From: Phoronis australis
Taxonomy: Eukaryota > Animalia > Phoronida
Direction: 5' to 3'
NCBI GenBank assembly: GCA_002633005.1
Contig: NMRA01000248.1
Location: forward strand, 124,001-188,000
DNA length: 64,000 nucleotides
In this document: in pieces, positions 1-12,105 of the stretch
Layout: every line of letters starts with the position of its first letter
How positions within the stretch are numbered: position 1 is the stretch's first letter
Made by a program: the position numbers and the translations under genes
The notes under the pieces: model-generated
The model's database searches: none
What the model was told of the DNA's origin: nothing
The model's input: the letters and a program-made list of their open reading frames with translations, nothing else

Positions 1-1615
1 AGCATTTTCCTTGATTCCTGAAGTATTATCCAAGAAAAAAAGGCAAAAAAAAAACACGGAGAACGTGTCAAACAGATAAAAAAGTGCAGGTATATCAAAG
101 ACTCGAACTCACTACCTGGCGCTTAGAGCACACGTACGTTACCACTACACCACCACGACTTAACTACACGAGTTATACTAAAAGACTTACTTGTTTATGG
201 GCCACAGCGTTTGCGCGCGAAACCTACTTCTTTTTGTAATGCTTATTACACGTTTTATATTTTGTGCCATCAATTCTTAACAAATTTGTCGTATTTGAAA
301 TAGTCTTCAAATGCCCAAAAGACCAAATCCATTTTTCGTGTTGGCAATAATGACGGGATTGCTTTGGAAACCGTTTTAAGATAAGGTTTGACAAAGAGAG
401 TATTGCGAGTTTCTGAGTGATTCACTAAGGCTTCGATTAAAATTCACATCTTACCAGCAGCTTCTGTTTTTTCATCGTCACTCAGGTTCCATATTCTTTA
501 AAAAATAAAGTAAATTTTCTTCATTGCACAGTGGAGCAGACGACGGAAACGGAGTCGTAGCGCACAGCGCCGCTGCCGGTCGCCTAGGATTTCGCGGGAG
601 ATTCTATACTTAGCCATAGTTCCGTTACGAACGCGCCGTGTTCCGAATTTGACACTTGAAATTGGATTTGAGCCCCCCCAACACTAAAACTGCATACATT
701 TAAATCTTTTTTCATCCGTATAATTTTAATTACCGGGGTTAATTAATATACTTACCATTTCCTTACGCTCTTACTGTTTTATTTTTTTTGCGGCAGCCAA
801 GGGGGGGGGGGGCGGGCCCCCTGGGCCCCCCCCTAAATCCGCCTATGCCGAGAGTGGTTCTGAGATACAGTATTTAGAATTTCGTTGACCACTTCCCGAC
901 AGAGGATGTTGAATAACGATTGACACCGTTCTACATTTAATAGTTGCCCGTCAGTGGTTTGGATATTTATAGCAAAATAAACGTGGACTTAAACCTACCA
1001 TTTTGAATAACGACCAATTTTAACAACTAATCACATCAATCAAAGAAAGTGGCTTCTCTAGACCTTGCTCTCTGTACGTGACCTTGCCTTTCGTTGGCTA
1101 GTGGAAACCATATTAGCTTGACATTAACCAATGGAAATGGCGCTTACGTAATAACATATAATCACCTACCTCAATACCAGACGGCAAGTTGAAAGAGAGT
1201 AATCCGAACTTAATAACTCAGATAATTCGCGATTTTGAGCTAGACATTCCCTCAAAGAAGGATCAGTTGCAGTTTCAGATAACTTTAACACGTGCTGTTT
1301 GCTACTAACAAGACAATCGTCATAAAAATTTTATTAAGAAGACTTCAAGTTTTGGCCTGCTGACTATTTAAGGATGCTAGACTAGACAAAGAGCGTTCTT
1401 TTCCTTTGTGCTCACTCAAAGAATAGATCTCAACTAACTGATAGGAGTCCCTTCATAACCGTCGCGCCCCCTATGACTTGGTATCGCTTTACTTATGCTA
1501 GGCTGCCGTTTTGCCACAGCTTCCACTGTAGCACCTGTCGCCATGGATACGGCTGCGTCTTGTGCTTTTGCTACCGTTGGACAACACATCACTGTCTCCC
1601 TGAATTCTGTTGCAG

Positions 1616-1732
1616 GTGTACATTATTTGAAAGTTCAAGTGATAGGCAAAGGGATCATTACTGAACTCCTGAACTCTTTACTCGAAAGCTTCAATCAGAA
1701 ACACACGATTGACCACCTAACCTCCAATCTCA
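1616..1732 (+). CDS. DCST1: DCST1 exon (end of DC-STAMP extracellular region)
   Basis: tgcag|GTGTAC...CTCA|gtaagt; encodes VHYLKVQVIGKGIITELLNSLLESFNQKHTIDHLTSNL. Confidence 0.88.
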
Positions 1733-4700
1733 GTAAGTGAACACGATTGCGCTTTGATAAACATGTTTACCGAAACAAGTTCAAACACTAAACTCTGTAT
1801 GAAATAATACTCCTTGTGGTTCAAAGTAGCTCCTGCAGTAATTACCATGTGTTGATTGTAGATTGCCTGCCGCACCCAAGTCCCGTAGAATATCATTACA
1901 TCTGGAAAATTGCTCTGATTTATGTTGCCATTTGGTTGTTAATGGCTTTAGAGGCCTACGGACTGCGACTGCGACGAGTTGTCACTGCTTTCTTTTTCAA
2001 AAAGGTAGGGCAAAATCTTGTACGATGAAATACTAACAAGTCTTGTACGATAGGGTACTAACAAGTCTTCCTGACGAGTTAGTCGAAGCGCAATCCTGAC
2101 AACGCATGAGAAACGAAGTCATTCAATGTGTTACCTAAATTACACACATGACTGTATCTAATTCTCCTTTGTTACAGAGATATAAAGTGCATTGTTTGAT
2201 TTACCCAGTTTTGTTCTGCTCAGTCAGTGACGGAACTCCATTTTCCATTATGTATGCCACTATTGCAATTCTGGCAGAAAAACTCGTTTAGTATTAGTTT
2301 TAGAATGATGCCATAACAATGTCGACTGATGATTAGCGCCGCTGTAGTGTACAACTGTGCGCCAAGTATCCTGCCAAAACAGAAAGGCGAGTAAATGATG
2401 CAGATTTAGAGAAAGCGCTGATGCATCTTCGAAATTAGCTGTTCATACGTAACACTAGCATGACTTGAAGTAAAACATGTAACCATCTCAAGCTCATATA
2501 TTTATGTCAATTTGTTACCTGTGTTATAGCGAGAAAAGAAGCGTGTTCTTTTTCTTTACAACGATATGCTGAAGAAAAGAAAAGGCTACACAAGGTTTCT
2601 AAGACACAGGGCTCGTAGACAAGCCAGGGAAAACACATTAGAGGTACACATGTAATAGTTGTGCACCTAGTATACATATATACACATACAGAAAGTGGCG
2701 TAGATGAAATGATAGCCCACGAGATATTATTCCGCGTATTGACGAAGACAGAATGTATTTATCCCATACTCTTCGAATTCTTAAATTTCTTTAATTTCTT
2801 AGGCAGTTTTTTTGAATGCTTCACCCACACTGTTCACGTGGCGGATCACAACAAGTAATGAAGCACTTTATTGTCACTCCCTGTAACTGACCTGTATCTG
2901 TGCTTCATCACTTGTTGGTGGGCCTATCTAGGTGGCCACTATATTCTCTCTGCTGATGATGGTGTTTGAATAAATGACACCGAAACATGTCAAGTCGATT
3001 TAAAAGCGTGATTGTTTTTATTAATATATGCTGCTACTTGCTATCATTGAGTCATGATATTTACTGTGAAATACTGGAAAGTAGAGCCAATCCGTATACA
3101 CCGGTAGATGCCGTAAGCAGTGCAGTCTCCTGGTGGAGTAAATTCGCGTGTACGACGCCAAATTTGACTGGGCTCGCTCCTTTGGGCTACCTAAAGCACT
3201 TACCCAAGGGACCGTTCCTGAAAAGCAGTTTTACTACTCTAAAAAGTATAAACTTTCTCCGATGAAAATTCCGATGCACCGTGATCAGGTTTGTAATTTT
3301 AGGTCTCGCTGGTTTTTATCTGGGTCATAATAAATGGGTCAATTGACCTATCGCAAGCTCCGCCCCCTTGCGAAATGTCGACAAACAAACAATAAGTTTT
3401 ACCCGGCAACGTGTTGTTTGTCGGGTAAAATGGCGGCTTGGAAACGAAGAAGGCTGCGTTCTGATTGGTCACTTAAGCCGTCCTGGCGATAATCAATAGC
3501 GGATTTGCAGCGCAAACGAACTACGCATTGCGCATGTGCGAGTTACTTCCTGCGCGAAGGCTCATGGGATAGCTTGTGGTCAGGCGTGTCTTGAGCACGC
3601 TTGATAGTGTGTGAATTTGGAGTGATTTGCAAACTAAAAACCATGTTTCATTTTTTGCTTTATAATACCAAGCAAGTCCTCTCTCTCGTTTGTAAACACA
3701 GCGTAGCTATGATCAGTGACCGTGTGACCGAGGGCACGACTGTCGTCATGTTCAGTATTGGGGCTATCGGCGATGATTTCGAAATCTCCTCCGGTTTCAG
3801 ACAAGTTGAGAGTTCTTGGGTTGCTTAACTTTGGTAGCTTTCGCCGTGGATATGCTAGAGACGTTAATTTTAGGAGGAAACTCCGTCGGAATGTTGTTCT
3901 CATACGTCTTTTTTCCACCACGAAAATGTTCGCTGCACACACGATGGCCCCTAGGCAATTATATCGCACTGGATGCCGCAGGCATTCACGGGGGTGAGGT
4001 ATAAAAAGTTACTCATTTCAAAATACAGCAAATAAAATCAAGTGAACCATACATATAGGAACACGGAGTTATAATTAACACATAACACGACTCTGGATAC
4101 AATTTAGTCAGCAAAACTTGAACAAATCGATGAAAATCTGTCGCGGTTTCCTCGAGTTTCTGTCAGTTACCGGGTGTCATTGTGAGGAAGTTACGTGAAA
4201 TTACGCTTGTTGACGAATAAAAATGTCCAAGGGACACACATCTTACAAGTTTCACCCGATACCTTCTCATGCTATTTTAAAAGTGTCACGCGCTAGCGTC
4301 ACGCGCTAGCGTCACGCGCTAGCGTCACGCGCTAGCGTCACGCGCTAGCGTCACGCGCTAGCGTCACGCGCTAGCGTCACGCGCTAGCGTCACGCGCTAG
4401 CGTCACGCGCTAGCGTCACGCGCTAGCGTCACGCGCTAGCGTCACGCGCTAGCGTCACGCGCTAGCGTCACGCGCTAGCGTCACGCGCTAGCGTCACGCG
4501 CTAGCGTCACGCGCTAGCGTCACGCGCTAGCGTCACGCGCTAGCGTCACGCGCTAGCGTCACGCGCTAGCGTCACGCGCTAGCGTCACGCGCTAGCGTCA
4601 CGCGCTAGCGTCACGCGCTAGCGTCACGCGCTAGCGTCACGCGCTAGCGTCACGCGCTAGCGTCACGCGCTAGCGTCACGCGCTAGCGTCACGCGCTAGC

Positions 4701-6862
4701 GTCACGCGCTAGCGTCACGCGCTAGCGTCACGCGCTAGCGTCACGCGCTAGCGTCACGCGCTAACGTCACGCGCTAACGTCACGCGCTTCGCTCAGTCTC
4801 GCGTTAACCTTTGCCTAACTCACGTGATTCAGTTGACATGCTTTGTGGTTATCGGCACGCGGTGATAAAATTAATGGCAACCAAAAAAGTGGAGTTGTAG
4901 TTCTTCGCCAAAGTCAACTTAATTCTCACAACTAAGCTTCATCAAAGATATGTAGAGAAGAAGAAAGGACCAATGATGAAAGTAAGCGTTTTTTTAAATG
5001 ATAGTTTTAAGTGTAGAATGTATTTTTGACTAGGTGAAAACTCGAAATCGGTAACCCTGGGTCACGGCCCGTTTAAAATACACTGAAGTAACGACATGAG
5101 TACAGAAAGCGAATGGAAGTATTGTAGCCTCTGTATGGCCAACGCAGTGGCTACGTGTTGCCTACTAGATGGCCCGCGTTGGTTTGAATGCGCTAAATCT
5201 CCCCTTACTCCCAGCTCTCCAAATGTTGTTTATCCATTTTTCACGAAGTTCTTGGTTTGCTTGCCGTGGAACACATAAAAACTCAGATTTTTATCTCTCT
5301 TGTTGTTTTTGAAGCGGCCAAGAACACAACAAGTGTATCCGCCGTAAGTTTTCTTCGCGCTCATACCGCGTATTATGCTTGTTACTATGGCCGCTTTTGG
5401 AATCCTGACCACAGCACCCACAATGCACCATTTTAACCTAATTTCATTATGGCGTCGCTGCAAATCCGCTATTGCCTAGCACGTAGCGTCTCCAACAAAA
5501 TGAGGGAATATCTAATGCAAATCAAACAAATACGTAGGTATAATTCAAATCAAACGAAAACCTTTTGTTATAGATGCATACAGTGTATTTTTACACCGTA
5601 TACATGAATCGCATTGATGTTGGAGGTATCTATTTCGTACGGGTACGCTTGGAATCTATTTTCCGGTATCGATTTTTAAACTGTCTTGTAATTCTACATT
5701 TTCCGGAGATAAACAAATTCCCGCTCTTTGTCACATTTTCAATTATTCTGTATTGCCTCTTCTTCACTATCCACGTATATCTGTAAATTAATATGTACAC
5801 ACATTTGAAAATCTTACCTCTCCTTGCTCCCTCCAGAGAAATGCTGACGTCATCAGCACTTTAATGACCACCTTTCCAAGCAAGTTTGGTTGGTTGAAGA
5901 AGCTTGGGTTCGGAAAGGAGCCCTGCTTGATTTGCGATGAATCACAAACGAAGGAGTCGCATCTCTGCCCCACGCCTGAATGTCACGCGGTCTATTGCAA
6001 GGAATGCTGGCGAGATCTCAAGGTGACGCGTTTCGATTTTGGTCAATAACCATTGTAAAATTGGTCTCATTTTGTCAATTATTGAAAATAGTTGCGATTT
6101 CTGGACTTGGAAAGAAATGAACCTGGAATTTATAAGAATGGTCTGAAGAAATAGCGAACCATAAGCCCTTCCTGAGCCTAGAGATCACTTTAAACTAAGT
6201 AAGGGAAAAAGGAAGTCCAATCTTATAGCGGTAAGCGGCTCAAATCAAAATTTGACGGAAAGCACCGGTTTAATGGCACTTTAAACTTATACTTAAGGCC
6301 ACAGAGAATGAAGGTGAAAGATAACAAAAAAGACACAGTAGTCAAACATCACATTCTCTGGGATTACATGTATGTCTTTGCTCGCAGACTTTATAAATGG
6401 TATGCTGTCCACTTTCTCGTTGAATTCTTGTTTTGCCTTCACGTGTAAATCTAACTGTCCAATATCGTTTAGTCACCATGTGATCGTGTTTGCTGAAATG
6501 GCTTGATAATTTCTTTACAGCACCGTTGTTTCGTTTGCACTGACGAGGTATTCAGCAGCGACACCGACATGCAGACTGCAAGTTCGTCAGGCTCAACAGC
6601 ACTTTCAGACTTAAGCCAAGGCGACTACGAATACCGGACGAATTACAAATATGGAAGTCGCACGAGAGATTCAGTTGCTTCGGGCTATTCAATGGGCACT
6701 GTGGAGTCCTCAGACTCGTCTGATTATACGTACGAATATCCCGATTACCCAAATGCGAACTTAATCGGGGCTCAACAGAGAGACACCGAGAACTCGTATG
6801 CAGATTATGATTACGAGATGGACATAAAGTACAAACCAACGACAAAGTATAGCCGCGACTAA
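1616..6862 (+). CDS. DCST1: DC-STAMP domain-containing protein 1 (DCST1/SPE-42/Sneaky family), 3' part; exons 1616-1732, 1862-2004, 2530-2643, 5837-6022, 6521-6862; 5' exons lie upstream of the window
   Basis: Five GT-AG exons join in frame (phases 1,1,0,0,0): HYLKVQVIGKGIITELL...SNLNCLPHP...LEAYGLRLRRVVTAFFFKK/REKKRVLFLYNDMLKKR.../CLICDESQTKESHLCPTPECHAVYCKECWRDLK/HRCFVC. This matches the recalled DCST1 motifs CLPQP, [30 protein letters not shown] and the C4C4 RING-like finger. Confidence 0.93.
1862..2004 (+). CDS. DCST1: DCST1 exon (last transmembrane helix)
   Basis: tgtag|ATTGC...AAAAAG|gtaggg; encodes CLPHPSPVEYHYIWKIALIYVAIWLLMALEAYGLRLRRVVTAFFFKK. Confidence 0.92.
2530..2643 (+). CDS. 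DCST1: DCST1 exon (basic cytoplasmic linker)
   Basis: ttatag|CGAGAA...TTAGAG|gtacac; 38 codons REKKRVLFLYNDMLKKRKGYTRFLRHRARRQARENTLE; too short for the ORF track. Confidence 0.92.
3341..3497. mobile_element. MITE family A (~180 bp, terminal ATTGACCTATCGC), copy 1
   Basis: Near-identical internal sequence (ttttacccggcaacgtgtt...gggtaaaatggcggcttg) to the copies at 45082, 59874 and 61033, which are in the opposite orientation; right terminus degenerate. Confidence 0.8.
3951..5167. mobile_element. Non-autonomous hAT-like insertion with 8-bp target-site duplication
   Basis: GATGGCCC is duplicated at 3943-3950 and 5168-5175; short imperfect inverted ends (TAGGCAA / TTGCCTA); it splits the THAP coding sequence. 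Confidence 0.75.
4285..4788. repeat. 13-bp tandem array (GTCACGCGCTAGC)n, about 38-39 copies
   Basis: Directly visible; units are identical except the last few (GCTAAC variants). Confidence 0.97.
5837..6022 (+). CDS. DCST1: DCST1 exon (RING-like finger)
   Basis: ctccag|AGAAAT...CTCAAG|gtgacg; contains CLIC-x10-CPTPEC-x4-CKECW. Confidence 0.92.
6521..6862 (+). CDS. DCST1: DCST1 last coding exon (final CxxC plus Ser/Tyr/Asp-rich tail)
   Basis: tttacag|CACCGTTGTTTCGTTTGC; HRCFVC completes the finger; ORF ends at TAA 6860-6862. Confidence 0.88.
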   Translation, partial: HRCFVCTDEVFSSDTDMQTASSSGSTALSDLSQGDYEYRTNYKYGSRTRDSVASGYSMGTVESSDSSDYTYEYPDYPNANLIGAQQRDTENSYADYDYEMDIKYKPTTKYSRD

Positions 6863-8427
6863 ATGCTGAAGACAATACATTGTCAGCACTGCATGTAGGC
6901 GTATTTAGGCCCATGTACCTAAATGTGAAAGTTTGCCTATAGACTGAATTCTGCGCATATGCCTATGTGCGAAACCAGTCCAGAAAAAAGAGCGAACTCT
7001 AAATACTCTGTCAGTGAAACTCGATTTATCATAACAAAATGGTCGATGGTGACTCGTATTCAAACTTTAAAATTAATTATTAGAATAAAAACATTAAAAA
7101 TTGGTAAAATTAACATGACAGCAGTTAGTTTACGTCGTGATAATATATAAGATACCAGTATGCGCTTAAAAGTGAACCTTAGGCGCATGAGCCTATATAT
7201 GGAACACTTGAGGAAATGTTTTCGTTGAGAAAACGCGTTAATCGGCTATAGGCAAATGGACCCAAATACGCACATATATGCAGTAGACGAGGTGACAGAA
7301 AACGAAATTGACATGTACAACGTTGTTATCGATTATTTATTTCTAACCTTTAAACAGTTTTCCTGTGCGTATTGTAGGTGCGTCCTGGAGGGGGAGGGGG
7401 GAAGGGGGGTGACCGAAAGCTGGACAAATGAGGGGTAGGTACAAGCCAAAACTGCACAGCAGACGCTCTTTCAGAAACGGGAGGAGGGTGCTTATGAAAA
7501 CTCCAATGAAAAAGTTAATTAACGAAGTGAAAACAAAAGGTAGTCAAAAAACATCAGCTCTAAATCTGGAGGCTATTTTGATTTACATGTAAAACATCTA
7601 CCAAAGATTTTAAAGTTGGTATAAAGTTTTCTTATTCAGTTATTTTCTGAACTTGTGAAAAGTAGTTAATACTGTTCGAAACTAAGCTCAATAAGTCGAC
7701 TTTGCACTGTGGGATATCTATTTGTGCCGAGCATAGCCTCGCAAGCTCTCTCTATGCCCAAATGCACACGTATAATCTGAATAGGAAAAAATTGAGGACC
7801 CAACTTTACTGCCAATCACTCGCCGTAACCAACCTCTCTTAGTTTGTCATTTCCTTGAATTCCCATTTTGAAAAACAAGACGACTTGTCAGATTTATCAA
7901 TTGCCTTATTTCTTTCTAGTTTTAAGACACGAACTATTATCTTAAGAATCTCGTTGTACTAACTCCACTTGTATTTACCCCCCCCCCTCCCCACCAAAGT
8001 TACCTTACAAGACCACACAACGTGCCCAACTTTCCCCACATTTGCCGACAGTAGCATTCATACCATCAAATTCATTGAACTTGTGACGACATCGTACACT
8101 GAACGTAGCATGTGATAGCCACAAAAAGAAGTCCATTTGTTGTAATCTGTCAACTGCGGGCAGTGTATTGGTTATTGATGTGAAAAATAGATGGCGCAGG
8201 TGTGGGAATAAAGATGGCAGCCACCAGACAACATGACTGAACTGTGTGATATCCTGTGTGGTTTGTTTACACAGACGCACACAACATTATACTGTGCATG
8301 CCATTCCAGGCCATCCTGTCGTACTGTTTCTTCCAACCGAGTGAAACTTCTCCTCTTCACGTCGACCGTCCTCCAATACCACAGAACAACGATCTTTCCC
8401 TAGACAGTGACCACCGTCTGTAGCTGT

Positions 8428-8781
8428 TAGAGACGGTGTAGCTCCTGTAGGAGCTTCATACGCCGGTAGGTTGTAGGCAAGTTATGCCTCACACTGACTA
8501 AAACCTCAAAGTCATGTTGTTATAAATACCTTTTGTGTAGAGAGAGACACCTGTGGAAGTCGTTGATGTATTTTATTTCTTCCAACTCGTCGAAATACTC
8601 CCAATATCAAACGTTTTTCTTCGAGCGGGAATATTTCGTTGAGTTGGAAGGAATTAAAAACATCGACGGCCTCCTGAGGCATATGAAATAAGGTGACTTT
8701 GATGTTTTAGTCAATGTGAGGCATAATTCGACGAAAAGCTTCCGGCGTACGAAGTTCCTATAGGAGCTACACCGTCTTTAG
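8428..8781. mobile_element. Fold-back (palindromic) MITE, ~350 bp
   Basis: Arms agacggtgtagctcct...tgcctcacactgactaaaac...ttccaactc and gagttggaa...gttttagtcaatgtgaggca...aggagctacaccgtct are reverse complements along most of the length. Confidence 0.8.
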
Positions 8782-11318
8782 TCGGCTTTCCTTTAAATAA
8801 TCTCCAATTTCTTAAACGTCCTCACATCAAAATCTTCTCGCACTGGGGACATTCCTCGTATCAACTCTGTGTGGTGAAATCCGCTCTTGGCTGCTGCAAT
8901 CCTTCCTCTGGACTTTACTTTCTACCTGAGGAAACACTAATCTGCAAACCACTGATGGTTTCCTCTTTCGAGTTTCAAAGTATCAGAAAAGCTCTACCGC
9001 ACTTTAAATTCTTTCCATATCGATCGCCTTGGTAGGTTCACAGTGGAAGATATGTTCTTAACGCCCAATCTAGTGAAACATGGACACATGCTGAACCGTT
9101 CGGTCACCCATCTACTTTCCATATTCGCTGTTGCTGTAATACATGTAGGTACACAGATTAATGCCGGGAAAAGTCCAAATCTCGACAAAAATCTCCTGAA
9201 AACACCCAGGTAATCTGCGCGTCCCAATGTTAAGCAGATTCAGTCTAGTCAGAAACAAAAAGAGGAGCTTTATTCAATATAACCACCCATTGATTAAGTG
9301 ATTATAGAGTCATATCTGACATTGATAACGCCTGTAGCTAAACAAATGTATTATGGATAATGCAATGGAAATAATTAAAGGTAGACATTTCCTTGAACGT
9401 TTGTGTCGATAGATGACATCGCACGCAGAAGTGTACATTTTGTCGCGGTGCCTGTTCAATCATTGAACCGTGTCTGCATGGATATGAGTCCGTAAGCCGT
9501 ATTTTGTGTCTGCGGGCACGAGATTACAGGCCCATGATCCGTGTTTATATATGGTACTATGCAATTCAGGTAGCCTTCATGACGTTTCCCTATGTGTGCA
9601 GGCAGGCCGACGGTTACTGTAGCCTTTGTGCCTCCAGCTTCTAGGCACCTTTCATAAACAACACCATCAGCACTCATCCACAGTGTGTGGTTTCAACCGC
9701 CTCTTCCAATTCTTTCGCTGGTGGATCTAGGATTTTGTTAGAAGAGGGGGCAACCACAACTATCAAAGGAAAATGTCCGCGTAAAATATAAAAGGGCAGG
9801 CTGACGACGTTGGTCGCATTCATGTAGGCGCTTGAACCCCCCTAAGTACCGTACAACCGGCCGTACTCGCAGCTAAAACCGCAGTTTGCTATTTTTATTG
9901 CCATTCGGTTCATTAAAAGGATATCAAACCCTGTTTTGTCCATTTAACAGGTATTAAAGAGTACTTTCCCCCCAATATCCGAAACAAAATAATTCTCAGT
10001 AACCTCTACAGCCCTCAAAAAGTTTGGAGTAGAATGGAAAACTACGTCAAAGTCTACTATACGGGCAAGCGTGACCTATGCTTTTAGCGAATTACTTGGC
10101 AACTGTGGGGAATGACCATCCATCAAGAACGAACCATAATTTGCGACATCTGTGACATAAGTTTTTAGTTGATTCCTGCTGGAATCTTTTTCGCCAATGA
10201 TGCTTTAGCAGCTGACAGAACGAAGATTGGCTGAAATACAAAACAGGGTTTAGTGGTTTGTGAAGATAATCGTTAAACACGACTACGGTTCATGCTCGAC
10301 TTTACGTCAACTTCAATATTTCCTTCATTTCAAGGCAGGGGGTTCCACTCGCAGTCGGTCACGTGTCTACAACCGTCTTAGTTGTGACGGGCATTTGATA
10401 TAACATGACCCCATATGGATATTCCTTCGTCATCTCTCGATAAGAGTGCGATGCATATGATTCCGCTGTATTAAAGTGTTTATACTGGCGCAATGACAGG
10501 ACGCAGCTACTTCTTTCAAGAGGCTTTGAAAAAATTTTGCGACTATGGAATGCCTTTGCAGGCCTGTCTCCGTTCGTCACCACAAATAAACTGGACTATT
10601 AAAGAGAATATGAGTATTCTTTTAGACGAGCACTTAACAGTGAGTACTAAGTTGCCGTCACAATGGTGATACGTGATGATGTCTAAAATAGAAAGCTTAT
10701 CTTTTCCAGCCAATCAAATAATATTTGGATATCATTCGCTAGGTTATGATAGCGCTTATTAAATGTAATTTAGTTCAATTCAGATTCTGTGACCATTATG
10801 AACACAATTACGTCGACAAACAACCGATAGGCAATATATTTTAATTCCGATGACCGATGATATATTTACAGTTGTAATCGAATACAAAGGATCTCTTTGT
10901 TTTCCAACTGTATACGCAAGGGTAACGAAGGGAACAGCAATTTCGTAGACGAGATGGGGTCTTCAGTTATAACCCTATAACAGCAATAATACTCAACACT
11001 GAATTTTACTATTTGCGGATTCAGTTGAAGAGATCAAAGTAGTTCAATCAGTCACGACATTTGCCCTTCTTGTCTATTACCTGTAATCGCATTTTAACTT
11101 TGGAAAGGCCACGTAATAATTCCACTGCACGATATCAGTTTTATGTTTTGTAATCACAGCTTTACTGATTTTGACGGCAGAGTTAGCACAGGATTTTGAG
11201 TACCTCAACTTTCAGCGTTTTCGGTTCTACACAACCATTTTTTTCTTTCATGCTTTGTTTGATAATCGTCGTGTTTTTAATAATGAATAATTACACTACA
11301 GCACACATCACGAATTTT

Positions 11319-11460
11319 TGGCCGACCGGTCGGAAATTGGTCGACGACCGGCCGTCGACCGGTCGGCAAATTAGCCGACCGGTCGGCTAAAAATTAGCCG
11401 ACCGGCAGCCGCCCGCAGTGCCGACTCATAAGGCGACCCCACAGCCGACCCTTCAGCCGA
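11319..11460. repeat. GC-rich array of palindromic CCGACCGGTCGG motifs running into the assembly gap (probable transposon subterminal repeats)
   Basis: Repeated ccgaccggtcgg and gccgac motifs immediately before the N run. Confidence 0.6.
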
Positions 11461-12035
11461 NNNNNNNNNNNNNNNNNNNNNNNNNNNNNNNNNNNNNNNN
11501 NNNNNNNNNNNNNNNNNNNNNNNNNNNNNNNNNNNNNNNNNNNNNNNNNNNNNNNNNNNNNNNNNNNNNNNNNNNNNNNNNNNNNNNNNNNNNNNNNNNN
11601 NNNNNNNNNNNNNNNNNNNNNNNNNNNNNNNNNNNNNNNNNNNNNNNNNNNNNNNNNNNNNNNNNNNNNNNNNNNNNNNNNNNNNNNNNNNNNNNNNNNN
11701 NNNNNNNNNNNNNNNNNNNNNNNNNNNNNNNNNNNNNNNNNNNNNNNNNNNNNNNNNNNNNNNNNNNNNNNNNNNNNNNNNNNNNNNNNNNNNNNNNNNN
11801 NNNNNNNNNNNNNNNNNNNNNNNNNNNNNNNNNNNNNNNNNNNNNNNNNNNNNNNNNNNNNNNNNNNNNNNNNNNNNNNNNNNNNNNNNNNNNNNNNNNN
11901 NNNNNNNNNNNNNNNNNNNNNNNNNNNNNNNNNNNNNNNNNNNNNNNNNNNNNNNNNNNNNNNNNNNNNNNNNNNNNNNNNNNNNNNNNNNNNNNNNNNN
12001 NNNNNNNNNNNNNNNNNNNNNNNNNNNNNNNNNNN
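11461..12035. other. Assembly gap (N run)
   Basis: 575 N characters. Confidence 0.99.
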
Positions 12036-12105
12036 ACACATATATACCTACTTTACATATGGACAAATCATTGTTTCGAGTATTACTCATCGATACCGGC
12101 TACAT

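Larger units (their letters stand above)
3498..5470 (-). mobile_element. Defective THAP-encoding DNA transposon (ISL2EU/PIF-Harbinger-like), interrupted by a younger insertion
   Basis: Perfect inverted termini AGCGGATTTGCAGCG (3498) / CGCTGCAAATCCGCT (5470), each flanked by AT. Minus-strand THAP pieces: MSAKKTYGGYTCCVLGRFKNNKRDKNLSFYVF, ELREKWINNI, GRFSAFKPT (5364-5176) and GHRVCSEHFRGGKKTYENNIPTEF (from about 3949). Frameshifted; no DDE domain left. Confidence 0.8.

Noticed and set aside
95-160. Reverse-strand tRNA-like A/B boxes
   Set aside because: Degenerate with no cloverleaf; at most a SINE-like relic.
2017-2070. 25-bp tandem duplication just after a DCST1 donor
   Set aside because: Two imperfect copies only; ordinary slippage with no evident function.
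4285-4788. Tandem array as a CRISPR array
   Set aside because: No spacers, 13-bp head-to-tail units, eukaryotic intronic context.
6552-6914. 120-aa minus-strand ORF
   Set aside because: Antisense to the DCST1 last exon; no recognisable motifs.
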